Assembly (NCBI GenBank): GCA_964538245.1
Contig: CAZIFO010000001.1
Coordinates: forward strand, 58,039-122,038
Direction of reading: 5' to 3'
Source of the DNA: an uncultured Treponema sp.
Lineage (GTDB): Bacteria; Spirochaetota; Spirochaetia; Treponematales; Treponemataceae
Length of the DNA stretch: 64,000 bases
Below the pieces are notes generated by a model that was not told the DNA's origin, did no database searches, and worked only from the letters and a program-made list of their open reading frames with translations. Position numbers and translations under genes: made by a program. The first letter of the stretch is position 1, and every line of letters begins with the position of its first letter. Shown here piece after piece: positions 63,858-64,000 of this stretch.

Positions 63858-64000
63858 GATTTTCTCCAAGATTTAAAACTTATTAACACGCATCACCATG
63901 CATAAAAAGATAAGCACGGATTTCTTAAAAAAATCCGTGCCGTTTCCGCCTTGTTGCCGCGTCCTTTGACGCATCAATTCTGCATTTTTAATTCTTCATT

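Overview
Window from a spirochaete chromosome, most likely a gut or rumen Treponema (inferred from groEL without an adjacent groES, a short ThrRS, many lipoproteins and the repeat families present). It is mostly housekeeping genes: nrdD (5' part), pdxST, azlCD, uvrC, murJ, pepF, add, mnmG, galMK, rnhA, groEL, thrS, oppA-like, mraY-like and an M20 peptidase. There are two accessory regions. (1) About 7.9-12.5 kb: an AAA ATPase, an XRE regulator, a decayed gtr-like glycosylation cluster interrupted by a 120-bp MITE, and an unannotated type I toxin-antitoxin-like locus (30-aa hydrophobic peptide, convergent promoters, 5'-3' long-range pairing). (2) A 7.7-kb element integrated in tRNA-Thr(CGT) between 44-bp direct repeats. 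It carries a tyrosine integrase frameshifted at an A9 tract, a xis-like gene, a replication-initiator fragment, a DnaB-like helicase, a putative antisense copy-control RNA, a phage cos-like sequence and TA genes, but no recognisable virion genes, so it is a candidate phage satellite (PICI-like) in a spirochaete. Two covarying copies of a Flavo-1-like structured element also occur, one inserted in frame in uvrC. All calls were made by eye; no database searches were run.
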